Origin: Ginglymostoma cirratum | Lineage: Eukaryota | NCBI GenBank assembly: GCA_024137785.1 | Contig: JAHRHZ010000221.1 | Span: 186,001-248,546 of the forward strand | Direction of reading: 5' to 3' | Length of the DNA: 62,546 nt | Part shown: one piece after another, positions 51,600 through 62,546 of the stretch | Layout of the letters: every line of letters begins with the position of its first letter | How positions within the stretch are numbered: position 1 is the stretch's first letter | The notes under the pieces: model-generated | Seen by the model: only the letters and a program-made list of their open reading frames with translations | Told to the model about the DNA's origin: nothing | Databases searched by the model: none | Made by a program: the position numbers and the translations under genes

Positions 51600-52150
51600 G
51601 ATTGATTTATTGTCATGTGTACCGAAATACAGTGAAAAGCTTTGTTTATGAGCAGTACAGGCAGTTCACAGCACGCAAATGATGTACAGATCAAAAAGAC
51701 TTAGAGGCATACAGGTTACATTGCAGATTACATTATTTGAGGCTAGAGTCCATTCAACAGTCTGATAATGGCCAGAAAGAAGCTGTTCCTGAACCTGCTC
51801 GTGTGTCCATTCAGGCTTCTGTATCTTCTGCCTGATGAAAGAAGTTGCAGGAGATCATTACCAGGGTGTGATGGGTCTTTGATGATGTTGGCAGCCTGTC
51901 TGCAGCAGTGAGCAATGTAAATAGAATCCATGGGTGGGAGGTTGGTTTCCATGATGGCCTGGGCTGTGCACACCACTTTCTGTAGTTTCTAACAGCCTTT
52001 TGCAGAGCAGTTGCCATACCAGGCCATTATACACCCAGACAGTATGCTTTCAATGGTGCATCAGTAGAAGTTAGTGAGGGATCTTATGGACATGTCAAAT
52101 TTCCTGAGCCGCCTCAGGAAGAAGAGGCATTGTTGTCCCTTCTTGACCAT
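51600..52150 (-). mobile_element. Rex1/Babar LINE 3' end
   Basis: ORF 51743: AANIIKDPSHPGNDLLQLLSSGRRYRSL...TSRFRNSFF..IRLLN. Confidence 0.8.
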
Positions 52151-52151
52151 C

Positions 52152-52490
52152 GGCCTAGTGGTATTATCATTAGAGTGTTAATCCAGCAACACAGGTAGTG
52201 TTCTGGGGAACCCCCACATTCGAATTCAGCAACAGCAGATGGCGGAATTTGAATTAATTAATTAATTAATTAATTAAAAGCCTAATGATGACCATGAATC
52301 CATTGACAATTGTCAGGAAAAACACATCTGGTTCACCTAATGTCCTTTAGGGAAGGAAAGTGCCATTCTTACTTGGTCTGGTCTACATGTGACTCCATGC
52401 CCTCAGCAATGTGGTTGACTCTTAAAATTAGGATTGGGCAATAAATGCTGGTGTAGCTAGCATTGCCCTTAACCCATGGATAAATAAAAA
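52152..52490 (+). mobile_element. tRNA-derived SINE with L2-type tail and internal (TAAT)n expansion
   Basis: A box ggcctagtgg, B-box-like attcgaattc, tail gggcaataaatgctgg...taaataaaaaaa. Confidence 0.7.
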
Positions 52491-52509
52491 AAGTTTTGTG
52501 GCAGACTAA

Positions 52510-54000
52510 GATCATAAGACGTAGGAGCAGAATTAGGTGATTTGTCCCATTGAGTCTGCTTTGCCATTCAATCATGCCTGATATATCTCTTAACCCCATT
52601 CTCCTTTCTTCACAAAACCCTTGATACCTTTTCTAATCAAGAATGTATCTATCTTTGTCTTAAAAACACTCAATGACTTGGCCTCCACAACCTTTTGTGG
52701 CAATGAGTTCCACAGATTCACCACCCTCTGGCTGAAGAAAATCCTCCTTATCTCAGTTCTACAGGGTTGTCCCTTCACTCTGAGGCTGTACCCTCAGGTC
52801 CTAGTCTCTCCTACTAACGGAAACATCTTAATCACATCCACTCTCATCCAGGCATCTCAGTATTCTGTAAATTTAAATGAAATGTGTAAGAAATTTCACT
52901 GTTCTTAAATAACAAGAGGGTTTAGTTGCACATTTAGAACTAATGCAACTCCACTCAGTCAGCGACAATTAATAGGACCTTATGGAGTTGTGCAGATACA
53001 TCTGCTCCCGCCAAAAATTGGAGTCGAGTTATATGTAACTCAATCTATGTGTGGAGACGTGAACATTAACCTCTTCAGAACCGATACCTGATACAACATC
53101 ATCACCTTCTCAAGAGGAAACCAGGGAACGGGGTAATAAAGACTGGTCTTTGAAGTCACACTACAGTTTCTGAACAATTAAAGAGACAAACATTTCCCAA
53201 GCCATTTACAGGCCTAATCTGAATTTTGTCTCAGTGATTATTACATAGTATGGTTAACAAAATAATGCAACTGACATAAAAAATGGGAACATGGTGGAGG
53301 CCATAACACTGGATGAGATAAATATACAGCTGGAGAAAAATAAGTAAATATTAGACAGTCAACATGGCCTTGTCAAAGGCAGGCTGTGTCTGACAAATTT
53401 AATTGAGTTCTTTAATGAGGTGGCCAGGTAGTGGGTAAGGGTAGTGCCATAGATGTTGTGGATTTGGACTTTCAGAAAGCATTTGATATGGTGCCACATG
53501 GCAGGTTGGTTAGAAAATGAGAAATGTTTGGAATTGGTGGGTCCTTGAAGCATGGATCAGAAGTAGGTTAAAGGATTGCAAACAGAGGGAAGGTGTAGAT
53601 GTGCAGTTCTCAGATTGGGGAGGAGTTGAGAGTGGTGGTCCCCAGGGATCGGTGTTGGGACCCTTACTTTTTCTGATTTATATAGATGATAAGGAGTTGA
53701 GTATAGAGGACAAAATCCCTAGAAATTTGCAGACGATACTAAACTAGGAAATTGTGAGGATGATGCTGAGTGATTTCAGAAGGACACTGACAGGTTGGCC
53801 AAATGGGCAGACCTTTGGCAGATGAAATTCAATGTAGAGAAATGTGAGGTAATACATTTTGGGAGAAGAAACATGGAGCAACAATACAGGCTCGGTGGAA
53901 CAATTTTGAAGGGAATGCAGGAGCAGAGGAACCTTAGGGTTCAAATGCATAATTCTCTGAAGGTGGCCAGGCAAGTTTGTGCTATCCTTTACAGAGAGAT
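52510..54000. mobile_element. CR1 fragments (about 52510-52880 minus; about 53330-54000 plus)
   Basis: FFSQRVVNLWNSLP; SGGPQGSVLGPLLFLIYIDD; WADLWQMKFNVEKCEVIHFG. Confidence 0.8.
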
Positions 54001-54309
54001 TAAGAAAATACCCTCATTCAACTCACTTTCCGGGTGAGGGGACAGTTGTGTCTGTAGTCTTTCCCCTCCGTTTCAATCTTCACTCAACGGTTGGCTTCTC
54101 GTGCATGTTCCTTGGCACTTTCTCCCCTCTTGGTGACCCGTGCATGTGCTGAAGGGAGGTGGCAGAGGGCCTGATGTACACAAGTTCCAGAGAAGGCACT
54201 GACCTCAGGGTCAAACCCAATTGGCACAGCAACAGGCCCTTTGAGCCACCATACCCGTGCCCACCATGATGCCATTCTAAACTAATCCCATCTGTCTGCA
54301 CATTCTTAA

Positions 54310-54870
54310 AAATTCATTCATGGATGTGGCTGGAAGGGCCCAGCATTTATTGCCCATCCCTAGTTGCCCCCCCCTTGAGAAGGTGGTGAGCTACCTTCTT
54401 GAACCGTTGCAGTCCATGTTGACCCACAATGCCCTGAGGGAGGGAATTCAAGGATGTTAACCCAGCAACACTGAAGGAACAGTAATAGATTTGCACGTCA
54501 AGATGGTGAGAGGCTTGGAGGGGAACTTGCAGGGCTGGTGTTCCCATGTATCTGCTGCCCTTGACCTTCTAGATAGAAGTAATTGTGGAGTTGGAAGGTG
54601 CTGTCTGGGTTCTTTGGTGAATTTCTGTAGTGCATCTTTTAGATGGTACATACTGCTGCTACTGAGAGTCAGTGGTGGAGGTAATGGGTGCTTGTGGATG
54701 TGGTGCCAATCTAGCAGGGGCTGTTTTGTCCTGGATGCTGTCGAGCTTATTGAGTGTTTGTTGGAGCTGCACTCATCTGGTGAAGTAGAGAGTACACCAG
54801 CATGCTGATGACTTAAGCCTCATATATGGTGGATGGGTTTTGGAGAGTCAGGAGGTGAGTTATTCATTTA
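54310..54870 (-). mobile_element. CR1/L2-group LINE 3' end
   Basis: Same 3' UTR family as 36390-37550; further copies at about 58620-59030 and 61170-62400. Confidence 0.7.
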
Positions 54871-55740
54871 GTGTTCCTGGTATTTGTCTCACCCTGCCTT
54901 TCAGTGAGATTGTAGCTGAATTTCCAATATCAGCAGCAGTTTCTCACACCAATTTTGTATCCCTTGATGAACTTAATACGTAGAAATCTACCTCTCCCAG
55001 TCTTGCATGTGCACATTAACTGATTCCAAAGATTCACCACCCTCTGAGTGAAGAAATTTCTTTCCATCTTAGTCCTAAATGGACTGCCTTTAATATGAAT
55101 CTATGTCTCTGGCTGTAGACACCCCCCTGCACACCATTCCTTCTTCAGTCACAGCCTCCCCGTTCCTGCATTTATTTGCACTGTCAATCCCTGTAAGAAT
55201 ATAATTTATGAATAAGATTATCCCTCTCTCATTCTTCTGAACTCCAGAGAGTAAAGAAGAAATGTGTTTAATCATCTATCATTGGAACAATCCTTCCACA
55301 GATTGGTGAATGTTTGATGCACTCCCTTTATGGCAAATATATTTTTCATTGGGTAAGGAGACCAAAACTGTTCACAATACTCCAGTATATTCAAACCCCT
55401 TGCAATAAAGGCTAACACACCATTTGCCTTCTTGATTGTTTGCTGCACCTGCATGTTGACTCAAAAAACAAGGAAGTTACTTTAAACCTGTATACAGTAC
55501 TCGTTTTTCCACAACCAAGTCCAATTCTGGACACCGCATTTCAGGAGGGATGTGAAGGCATTGAAGAAAATGCAGATAAACATCACGAAAATGGTTCTGG
55601 AGATGTGGGGCTTCAGACTCGTTGCAAGATTAGAGAGGAAGTTCTGAGGAAAGGGCCACCAGACCCGAAACATTAACTCTGATTTCTCTCCACAGGCGCT
55701 GCCAGACCTGCTGAGCTTTTCCAGTAATTTCTGTTTATGC

Positions 55741-55990
55741 TCTGGGGAGTGTTGGTTCACCTGCTCTGTGTTTGGGAAGAGATTAATCTGTCTTTCCCAC
55801 TTGCAAACACATCAGCTCGCCCACCCTGAGGAGAGGCCATTTGAGTGCTCACACTGCACCAGGGGCTTAGAAAGATCCCAGAACTTGAGGCAGCACCAGC
55901 AGGTCCACTCCGGAGAGAGGCTGTTCAGCTAAGATTGCTCCTTGAATCTGTTCCAACACCAGCAGGTACACAGCAACAAGAGGCCGTGCA
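55741..55990 (+). pseudogene. C2H2 zinc-finger pseudo-exon
   Basis: Reads SGECWFTCSVFGKRLICLSHLQTHQLAH-PEERPFECSHCTRGLERSQNLRQHQQVH-SGERLFS*DCSLNLFQHQQVHSNKRP; it has a lost Cys, an in-frame TAA and an internal deletion. Confidence 0.8.
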
Positions 55991-56554
55991 TGAGCAGGAA
56001 CATGGAACAGGTGAGTATTGTGTTGGTCGTCGAGCTGCTGTTGAGTCTTTCATACACTTATACTGTGGCTTCTCTTCACTTGACTGTTGGTGATGTTGTG
56101 TGCAGTGTGCAATGTGCAATGGGCCCTTCAGCCTATTCTGGTGTCCGTACTACACTCCAGACTCTTCCCACCAGAGGTGAGTGAAGTCTATCGACCCTAG
56201 CCTCCAATTCATTTTCCTGATGATTGACATGAGCCTGCTTACCATTACAGGATGAAATACAAGACAGATCGTCTGAATGATAACAACTTCACAGATTGGG
56301 GCTGGGGTTCTTACCTGGCTACAGGTGTGAGAATTTGGGAGGTGGTCAATAGCCCTGTCTCCTGAATGCTGCCCAGACCTTTGATGAAGAAACAGGCTAT
56401 TTAAATCCCTATCTGTTGGAACAGACTCAGGGAGATAGCCTGAAACACCTCTTCCTGAGTGATCACACGATCTGTCCTCTGCAGCATTCTTACTAAGTCC
56501 CAAACAGACATTTTGTGTTCCTGTGAATTTGATGATCTGCAATCTAGAATGTGG

Positions 56555-56880
56555 GTCATAGAATCCCTATAGCATAGGTAGGAAGCCTTTTGGCCCATCG
56601 ATTCTGCACTGACCCTCCAAACAGCACCCCACCCAGACCCACATCGTACAGTAACCCGACATTTCCCCCAGCTAACCCCCCTAGACTGCACATCCCTGGA
56701 CAATATGGGGCAATTTAGCAAGACCAATTCACCTAGCCTGCACATCCCTGGACTGTGGGAGGAAACTGGAGTAAACCCATGCAGACACAGAGAGAAACTC
56801 CACACAGACAGTCGCCCAAGGCCAGAATTGAACCTGGGTCCCTGGCACTGTGAGGCAGCAGCGCTAACCATTGTACCACT
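56555..56880 (-). mobile_element. V-SINE (HE1-like)
   Basis: Minus strand tggttagcgctgctgcctcacagtgccagggacccaggttcaattc...tctgtgtggagtt, with a CR1-type tail. Confidence 0.8.
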
Positions 56881-59335
56881 CGAGACAACCTCTGTCTGTG
56901 GAAAGAGAATTGTGGTTTAATCCCAACCTGCAATCCCACCACAGAGTGTTCGCTCTGTCACTGCATGATTTGGTTGCATTGGAACGTTGCAACAGAAGGA
57001 GGTCATTCCTTTTACCTCATTCTATAATTCGATTTAATTGAATTATCCTGCAGAAGTATCCTGCTTCCGTTCCCTATCCCTTGACATCATCGGCCCATGT
57101 AGAGAAACAACCATGTCACGTTGTTAAAGTTTGTCTCTGCTAACCAGGAAATGCCCTTCACTCTGGCACTGGGCAGGCAACACAACTTTCTGGGGCCCTA
57201 GCCCCGGCTGCAGAGAACAGTGTCCAGCCTGTATCTCTTCTTCATTCCTCTCTGCTCTCCCCACTTGAATGGTATTGTGAACCATTGTACAATGGTATGT
57301 TTACCCATCCACTCTGCAGCCCAAATTCTCATTCAGATGTAGCAACACCTCATAGCTGTTGGTTAAAGTCAAAGGCTGAGACTGCTGCATTACAGTATCC
57401 TCATGCCTGCAGTATTGCAATCAGCCTTCTGTCCATTTCCATCGATTACCTTTAAAGTTCTGCTCAATCAAAAAATGGCTGTGACTACCTCCTTGAACAA
57501 AGTGGCAAGATAAAACTCCTCTCCCTGATGCCCCTCAATGTCTGCAAAGCAAGTTCACTAACTCCTCGCCACAGTTAAGAATGAATCTTCAGGTACTTAC
57601 CACAGTTCTGGTTGACTTCTTCTGACGAAGGAGCAGCGCTCCAAAAGCTTGTGATTTCAAATAAACCTGCTAGACTAGAACCTGGTGTTGTGTGATTTCT
57701 GACCTTGGTTGACCAAGACTGCAATGCATTTCAGTTTCCCGCTTATCGAAGCCATCGCACACTTCCAGCCTTGCCATGTCTGTCTACCCTTATTCATCAA
57801 ATTAATCAAATAGTTACTCATTTATTTAGCCAAATAATACCATGTCCTAGGCTTTGAACATGCAAACAAAAGAACACTCATCAACTGCTGGAAGATGAAC
57901 AAAAATAATTCAAAGCAGCTCTTCCTTGCCCCTCTACTACAAATGCTCACTTCCACCAAAATCCCAACTTAGCTCTCATTTCATGAAACATTTTCTTCCC
58001 TGGTCCCGCTATGCTTCAGCGCTCAGTGTGGTAAACATGTCTGCTTTTCTCGAGGATTTATGATCTGCATCCAAACAATATTGCAAACCAGTTTCTGGCA
58101 ACAATGATTAACATGTGTACAGGCTTTCCCTTTCAGTGGGTTGACAGTTAACTGCCACTACCAGGCAGTTTCTGCTAATGAAGCATCTATAACGATCAGA
58201 GTCTACCTGCCAACCTATCTGCATTCTTTTCTCATACAGTATAAATGTTGCCCTCAACTAAAAGCTATGACAAAATGTATGTTCTTTCAGCAATACTTAA
58301 CTAAATAACTCACAGGAGGTTGTAAAGTTCTGAGTCAAAGTCTGAGTATTGATCTGAATTACAGTCTGATGAAGACATATGTAATGATGCAGCTACAATC
58401 AGATTTGGTAGACCAGTGCCTGTGACTGCTCCATGACAGATCAAAACGTGATACCAAAAGATCCAGCTGACTGTGCAAGGAGGCCTGTTATAGTGGTATG
58501 GATGTTCTGTGGAGACCAGAATGCATTCAACCTGGTGATCAGGCAGCATGTTGCATTAAATAGCTGATAAACAAAACTGATTTAATCTGGCTTGTAATGT
58601 GCGATTGAGACCTTCCTTATTCACTCATGCAGTGTGGGTACCATTTATCGCCCCATCCTTAGTTGCCCCCACGTTGAGAAGGTGGGGGTGAGCTCCCTTC
58701 TTGAGCCGCTGCAGTCCTTGTGCTGTAGGGTAGACCCACAATGTCCCTTAGGGAGGGAATTCCAGGATTCTTATCCCGCGACACTGAAGGAATAGTGATA
58801 TATTTCCAAATCAGGATGATGAGTAGCTCAGAGAGGATCTTGCAAAGGGTGGTGTTCCCATGTATCTGCTGCCCCTCGTACTTCTAAATGAAAGTGGCTT
58901 AGAAGGTGCTGTCTAAGGAGCTTTGGTGAGTTTCTGCAGGGCATCTTGTGGATGGCACACACTACTGCTACTGAGCGTTGGTGATGGAGGGAGTGAATGT
59001 TTGTGGATGTGGTGCCAATCAAGCATGTTATCAAGCTAGTTCTGAAGAAGGGTCACCGAACCCGAAATGTTAACTCTGATTTTGCCTTCACAGATGCTGC
59101 CAGACCTGCTGAGCTTTTCCAGCAACGTTGTTTTTGTTCCTGATTTACAGCATCTGCAGTTCTATCGGTTTTTACGAAGCATATTATAGGACTTATATTA
59201 AAAGCACTTGTGGTCCCCTGTTCTGATAAGACGATATTTGAAAGGATTGAAAACTGCAGGGGAGGAGGGGGTGACTAGTCAGCACAACCCTTTCAGCAGG
59301 ATTGAAACCAGAGAGCAACTAGCTGGTGCTACAAT

Positions 59336-59636
59336 TCTGATGAAGGGTCTCGGCCCGAAACGTCAAGCTTTCCTGCTCCTATGATGCTGCTTGGCCTGCT
59401 GTGTTCACTTGTCTGCCTCCTCTCCACCTATCCTCTCCTCTATCCATCTTCTATCCGCCTCCCTCTCTCTCCCTATTTATTTCAGAACCCTCTTCCCCTC
59501 CCCCATTTCTGATGAAGGGTCCAGGCCCAAAACCTCAAGCTTTCCTGCTCCTACGATGCTGCTCGGCCTGCTGTGTTCATCCAGCTCCACACCTTGTTAT
59601 CTCGGATTCTCCAGCATCTGCAGTACCTATTATCTC
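59336..59636 (+). mobile_element. Non-autonomous Penelope-derived element with two direct-repeat hammerhead-like units and 9-bp TSD
   Basis: CTGATGA at 59337 and 59509 (172 nt apart); GAAACGTC at 59357-59364; TGCTACAAT at 59327-59335 and 59637-59645. Confidence 0.8.
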
Positions 59637-61433
59637 TGCTACAATCCTGTTAGACAATTTATGTTTGGCTTACTAGTGCTGGTCTCACTGAGCTCCGCTG
59701 AAGGGTTTAAACTGAAAAGATGAACAATCAGTGTAAAGCCCTTCAGGTGTACATAAAGAAGACCAAGTCACAGAAAGAGGCAGCAGTTCGTTTAGTGTGA
59801 CAGCAAGCAGCAAAGTGATTGTCAGCCACACTTATCCCGTGTCTGAATTCTAAAGTTCGTACAATAAGCTGAACTTTGTAAATCAACCAGAGTCATAGCC
59901 AGTTTTATAATCTCAAAGCAAAAAGAACGTGTAAGAGTCATGGATTTACCTCATACGTTGATGTGTCCCTTGTTATCCTGCAGACCTTGACATCACTCCT
60001 ACATTGAAGAAGGATTGATTGGATGTTTAAAACCTCTGCAGCAACTGCAGCCATTTTTTTTCCAGGCCATGGTGTGGTTACTGAGTAGGACACAGGAGCA
60101 GAAGCAGGCCATTTGGCCCATAGAGCTCGTCCTGCCATTCAATGTAACCATAGCTGACTTGATAATGCTAAACTCCATTTCCCTGTATTTCTTCCCCCAT
60201 AACCCTCAATTTACCTCCTTGGCTTAAGAAGTCTGTATATCCTTCAATATACTGAATGATGCAGTCTTGACAATGCTCTGAGGTAAAGAATCCCACTGAT
60301 TCACTTCCCTCGGAGAGAAGAAATTCCTCTTCATCACTGTCTGGTAATGCCGAACACAGAAACAACATCCACCATCGCCTGATGAGGCAGAGGCCTGAAA
60401 TAACTTGTATCCAAGTTGATTTGGGCCACCCTTAAATAAGAAATTCAAACTGCACAACTTCCAGCGATATGTGACTTACTTCCACACTGTAAGGATGATG
60501 TAATGGGACCAAAGAATGCATATGATCTATCTTGGCTACATTCAACATGCCAGCCTCAGCAAGCCTTGTTACCGCAAAAAATTAATTTCACTAAGTCAGA
60601 CAGAGCCTTCTCATATGCTGTCTATCCCATTTGAAACAAAGGTTGAACATCATCAGTTCCCTGTCACCTTGCCTGTAGCCTGAAAGGCTGAGAAAATGAC
60701 GGTCAGAGTCTCTGCTCTGTATTCTATTTTGCTTAACAGCCTGGGATACAATTCATCTGGGCAAAAAGTACAGGCCAACCAGCAAGGTCCAAAATCTCAA
60801 GAATGAATTAAAAAACAGTGACGAATTAAAATGGATGGATTGAACAGCAGCAACTTCGGCACCAGACACAGTAAAACATTGCCTGCTCAGTCTGTGGAAC
60901 CCAAACATAATCTGACCAGCTCACACAAAGAGCAGGTCCTAGGCTGGGGATTTTGAAATTAAAAAAAGTCAGCTCCTGATCTCAACAAAGCCTGTCCTCC
61001 ATGTACAAGGCACAAATTAGGAGTGTTATGGAATACTCTCCTCTTGCCTGGATTAGTGCAACTCCAACAACACCTAAAGCACAAACACAAAAACAGAAAT
61101 TGCTGAAAAAGCCCAGGAGATATGATAGCATCTGTGAAACATTGTGTGAAACAAATCCCATTGCGGTGTCACATCTTTGAGTAGGTCGTGGTAGTCTGCC
61201 TTCATGAACAGCTGGCTGTTCACTTTGTGTAGGTGCACCAAGAATGCTTGTAGGGAGGAAGCTTCAGGACTTTGACCCAGGAACATTGAAAGAATGACAA
61301 TAGATTCTCAAGTCAGGACGGTGAGACCTTAAGAGGGGAACTTGCAAGTAGTAGTGTTCCCATGTATCTGCTGGTCAGGTCCTTCTGAGTGGTAATGGTC
61401 CTGGTTTTGGAAGGTGCTGTCTAAGGAGCCTTG

Positions 61434-61655
61434 TGCAGTGAATGGAACAATGTCAGCCAGGCAGATCTCATAGGATATGGACTGTTAACCTGGTCCAATC
61501 AGGAAGCCCTAGCTGACAGATATAAACAGGAGTGTCAGGGGTCCTGTTCACTCCCAGAGCTGGCTCTGTGCGAGCTGGGTCAGTGTCATGTACAATGCAC
61601 ATGTGAATAAAGGATGACTTGGTGATGGGATATCAGCCTTTGTTGATTTATTTCA
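61434..61655 (+). mobile_element. Solo LTR with perfect 5-bp TSD, inserted in a LINE 3' UTR
   Basis: TG...CA ends; CCTTG at 61429-61433 and 61656-61660; internal CCAAT, TATAAA and AATAAA. Confidence 0.85.
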
Positions 61656-62546
61656 CCTTGGGGATTTTCCACAGTGCATCTCTGGATGGTACACAGTGTT
61701 GCTACTGAGTGTTAGTGGTGCAGGGAGCAAATGTTTGTGGATGTGGTGCCAGTCAATTGAGCTGCTTTGTCCTGGATGTTTTCAAACATCTTGAATGTTG
61801 TTGATGCTGAGCCCATCCAGAAAAGTTGGGAGTGTTCCATCACACTCCTGACTTGTGCCTTGTCAATGATGAACAAGCTTTGCGGCATCAGGAGGCGAGT
61901 TACTTGCTGCAGGACTGCTAGCCTCTGACTTGTTCTTGTAGCCACTGCATTTGTGTGGCTAATCCAATTCAGTTTGTGGTGAATGATAACCCACCCCAAG
62001 GATGCTGATTACAGGGGATTCAGCAATGGTAATGCCATTGAGTATTTGGCGGCAGTGGTTAGAATGTCTCGCCCTGAAGAGGTTCATTGCCTGGCATTTG
62101 TGTGACGCAAACGTTCTTTGGCACTCGTCAGCTGAAACCTTTATATTGTCGGGCCTTGCTGCATTTGGAAATGGAGTACTTCAGTATTTAAGGAGTCATG
62201 AATATTGCCGAACACAGTGCAGACATTGGTGAACATCCCTATTTCCGGCCATATTATGGAGGGAAGGTCATTGATAAAGCATCTGAAGGTGGTTGGAACT
62301 TGGACATGACCCTGAGGAACTCCTGCAGAGATGTCCTGAAGCTAAGATCACAGTCCTTAAACAACCACAACCATTATTCGTCTTGTGAAATTTTATCTGG
62401 GTATCTCTCCTAATGCACCATACTCTCCATGCTGTGTAGATCAACCCCGCTGTATTACCTGCATGTTCCTCTAAAAATCACACAGGATTGTAACTGTTCC
62501 TTCACCATCACTGGGTGAAAAACTGGGCTTGTGTCCCTCACAGCTT

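Noticed and set aside
54085-54185. Possible minus-strand ZNF remnant (LQHMH..GEK)
   Set aside because: No Cys pair, and it needs multiple frameshifts.
60378-60405. Isolated hammerhead-like CTGATGAGGCAGAGGCCTGAAA
   Set aside because: Extra base before GAAA, no convincing stems I/III and no PLE context; may be chance.

Overview
Eukaryotic, repeat-dense genomic DNA, almost certainly from a cartilaginous fish (shark). This rests on IgW-type exons, V-SINE/Deu-SINE families and abundant CR1/L2, Rex-Babar, Penelope and Gypsy debris. Two intact protein-coding genes are supported: a 3-exon constitutive proteasome beta5 gene (PSMB5, + strand, 32904-34991) and an effector-less C2H2 zinc-finger gene (- strand, 44385-45659), each with a CpG-rich promoter. 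Four further items are fragmented or absent in the ORF track. (1) An immunoglobulin heavy-chain pseudogene with IgW-short layout (CH1, CH2, Cys-rich secretory tail; 3125-5558), about 27 kb from PSMB5. (2) An internally deleted R2-type (ZnF-Myb ... CCHC-RLE) retrotransposon with no rDNA flanks (about 6050-8620). (3) A ZNF pseudo-exon (55741-55990). (4) Many short Penelope-derived elements carrying minimal hammerhead-ribozyme cores, some as hairpins and one as a tandem dimer. Several unique segments recur, indicating old local duplications. A 400-N gap lies in PSMB5 intron 1. No tools were run: TE boundaries are approximate and family names come from motif recognition.
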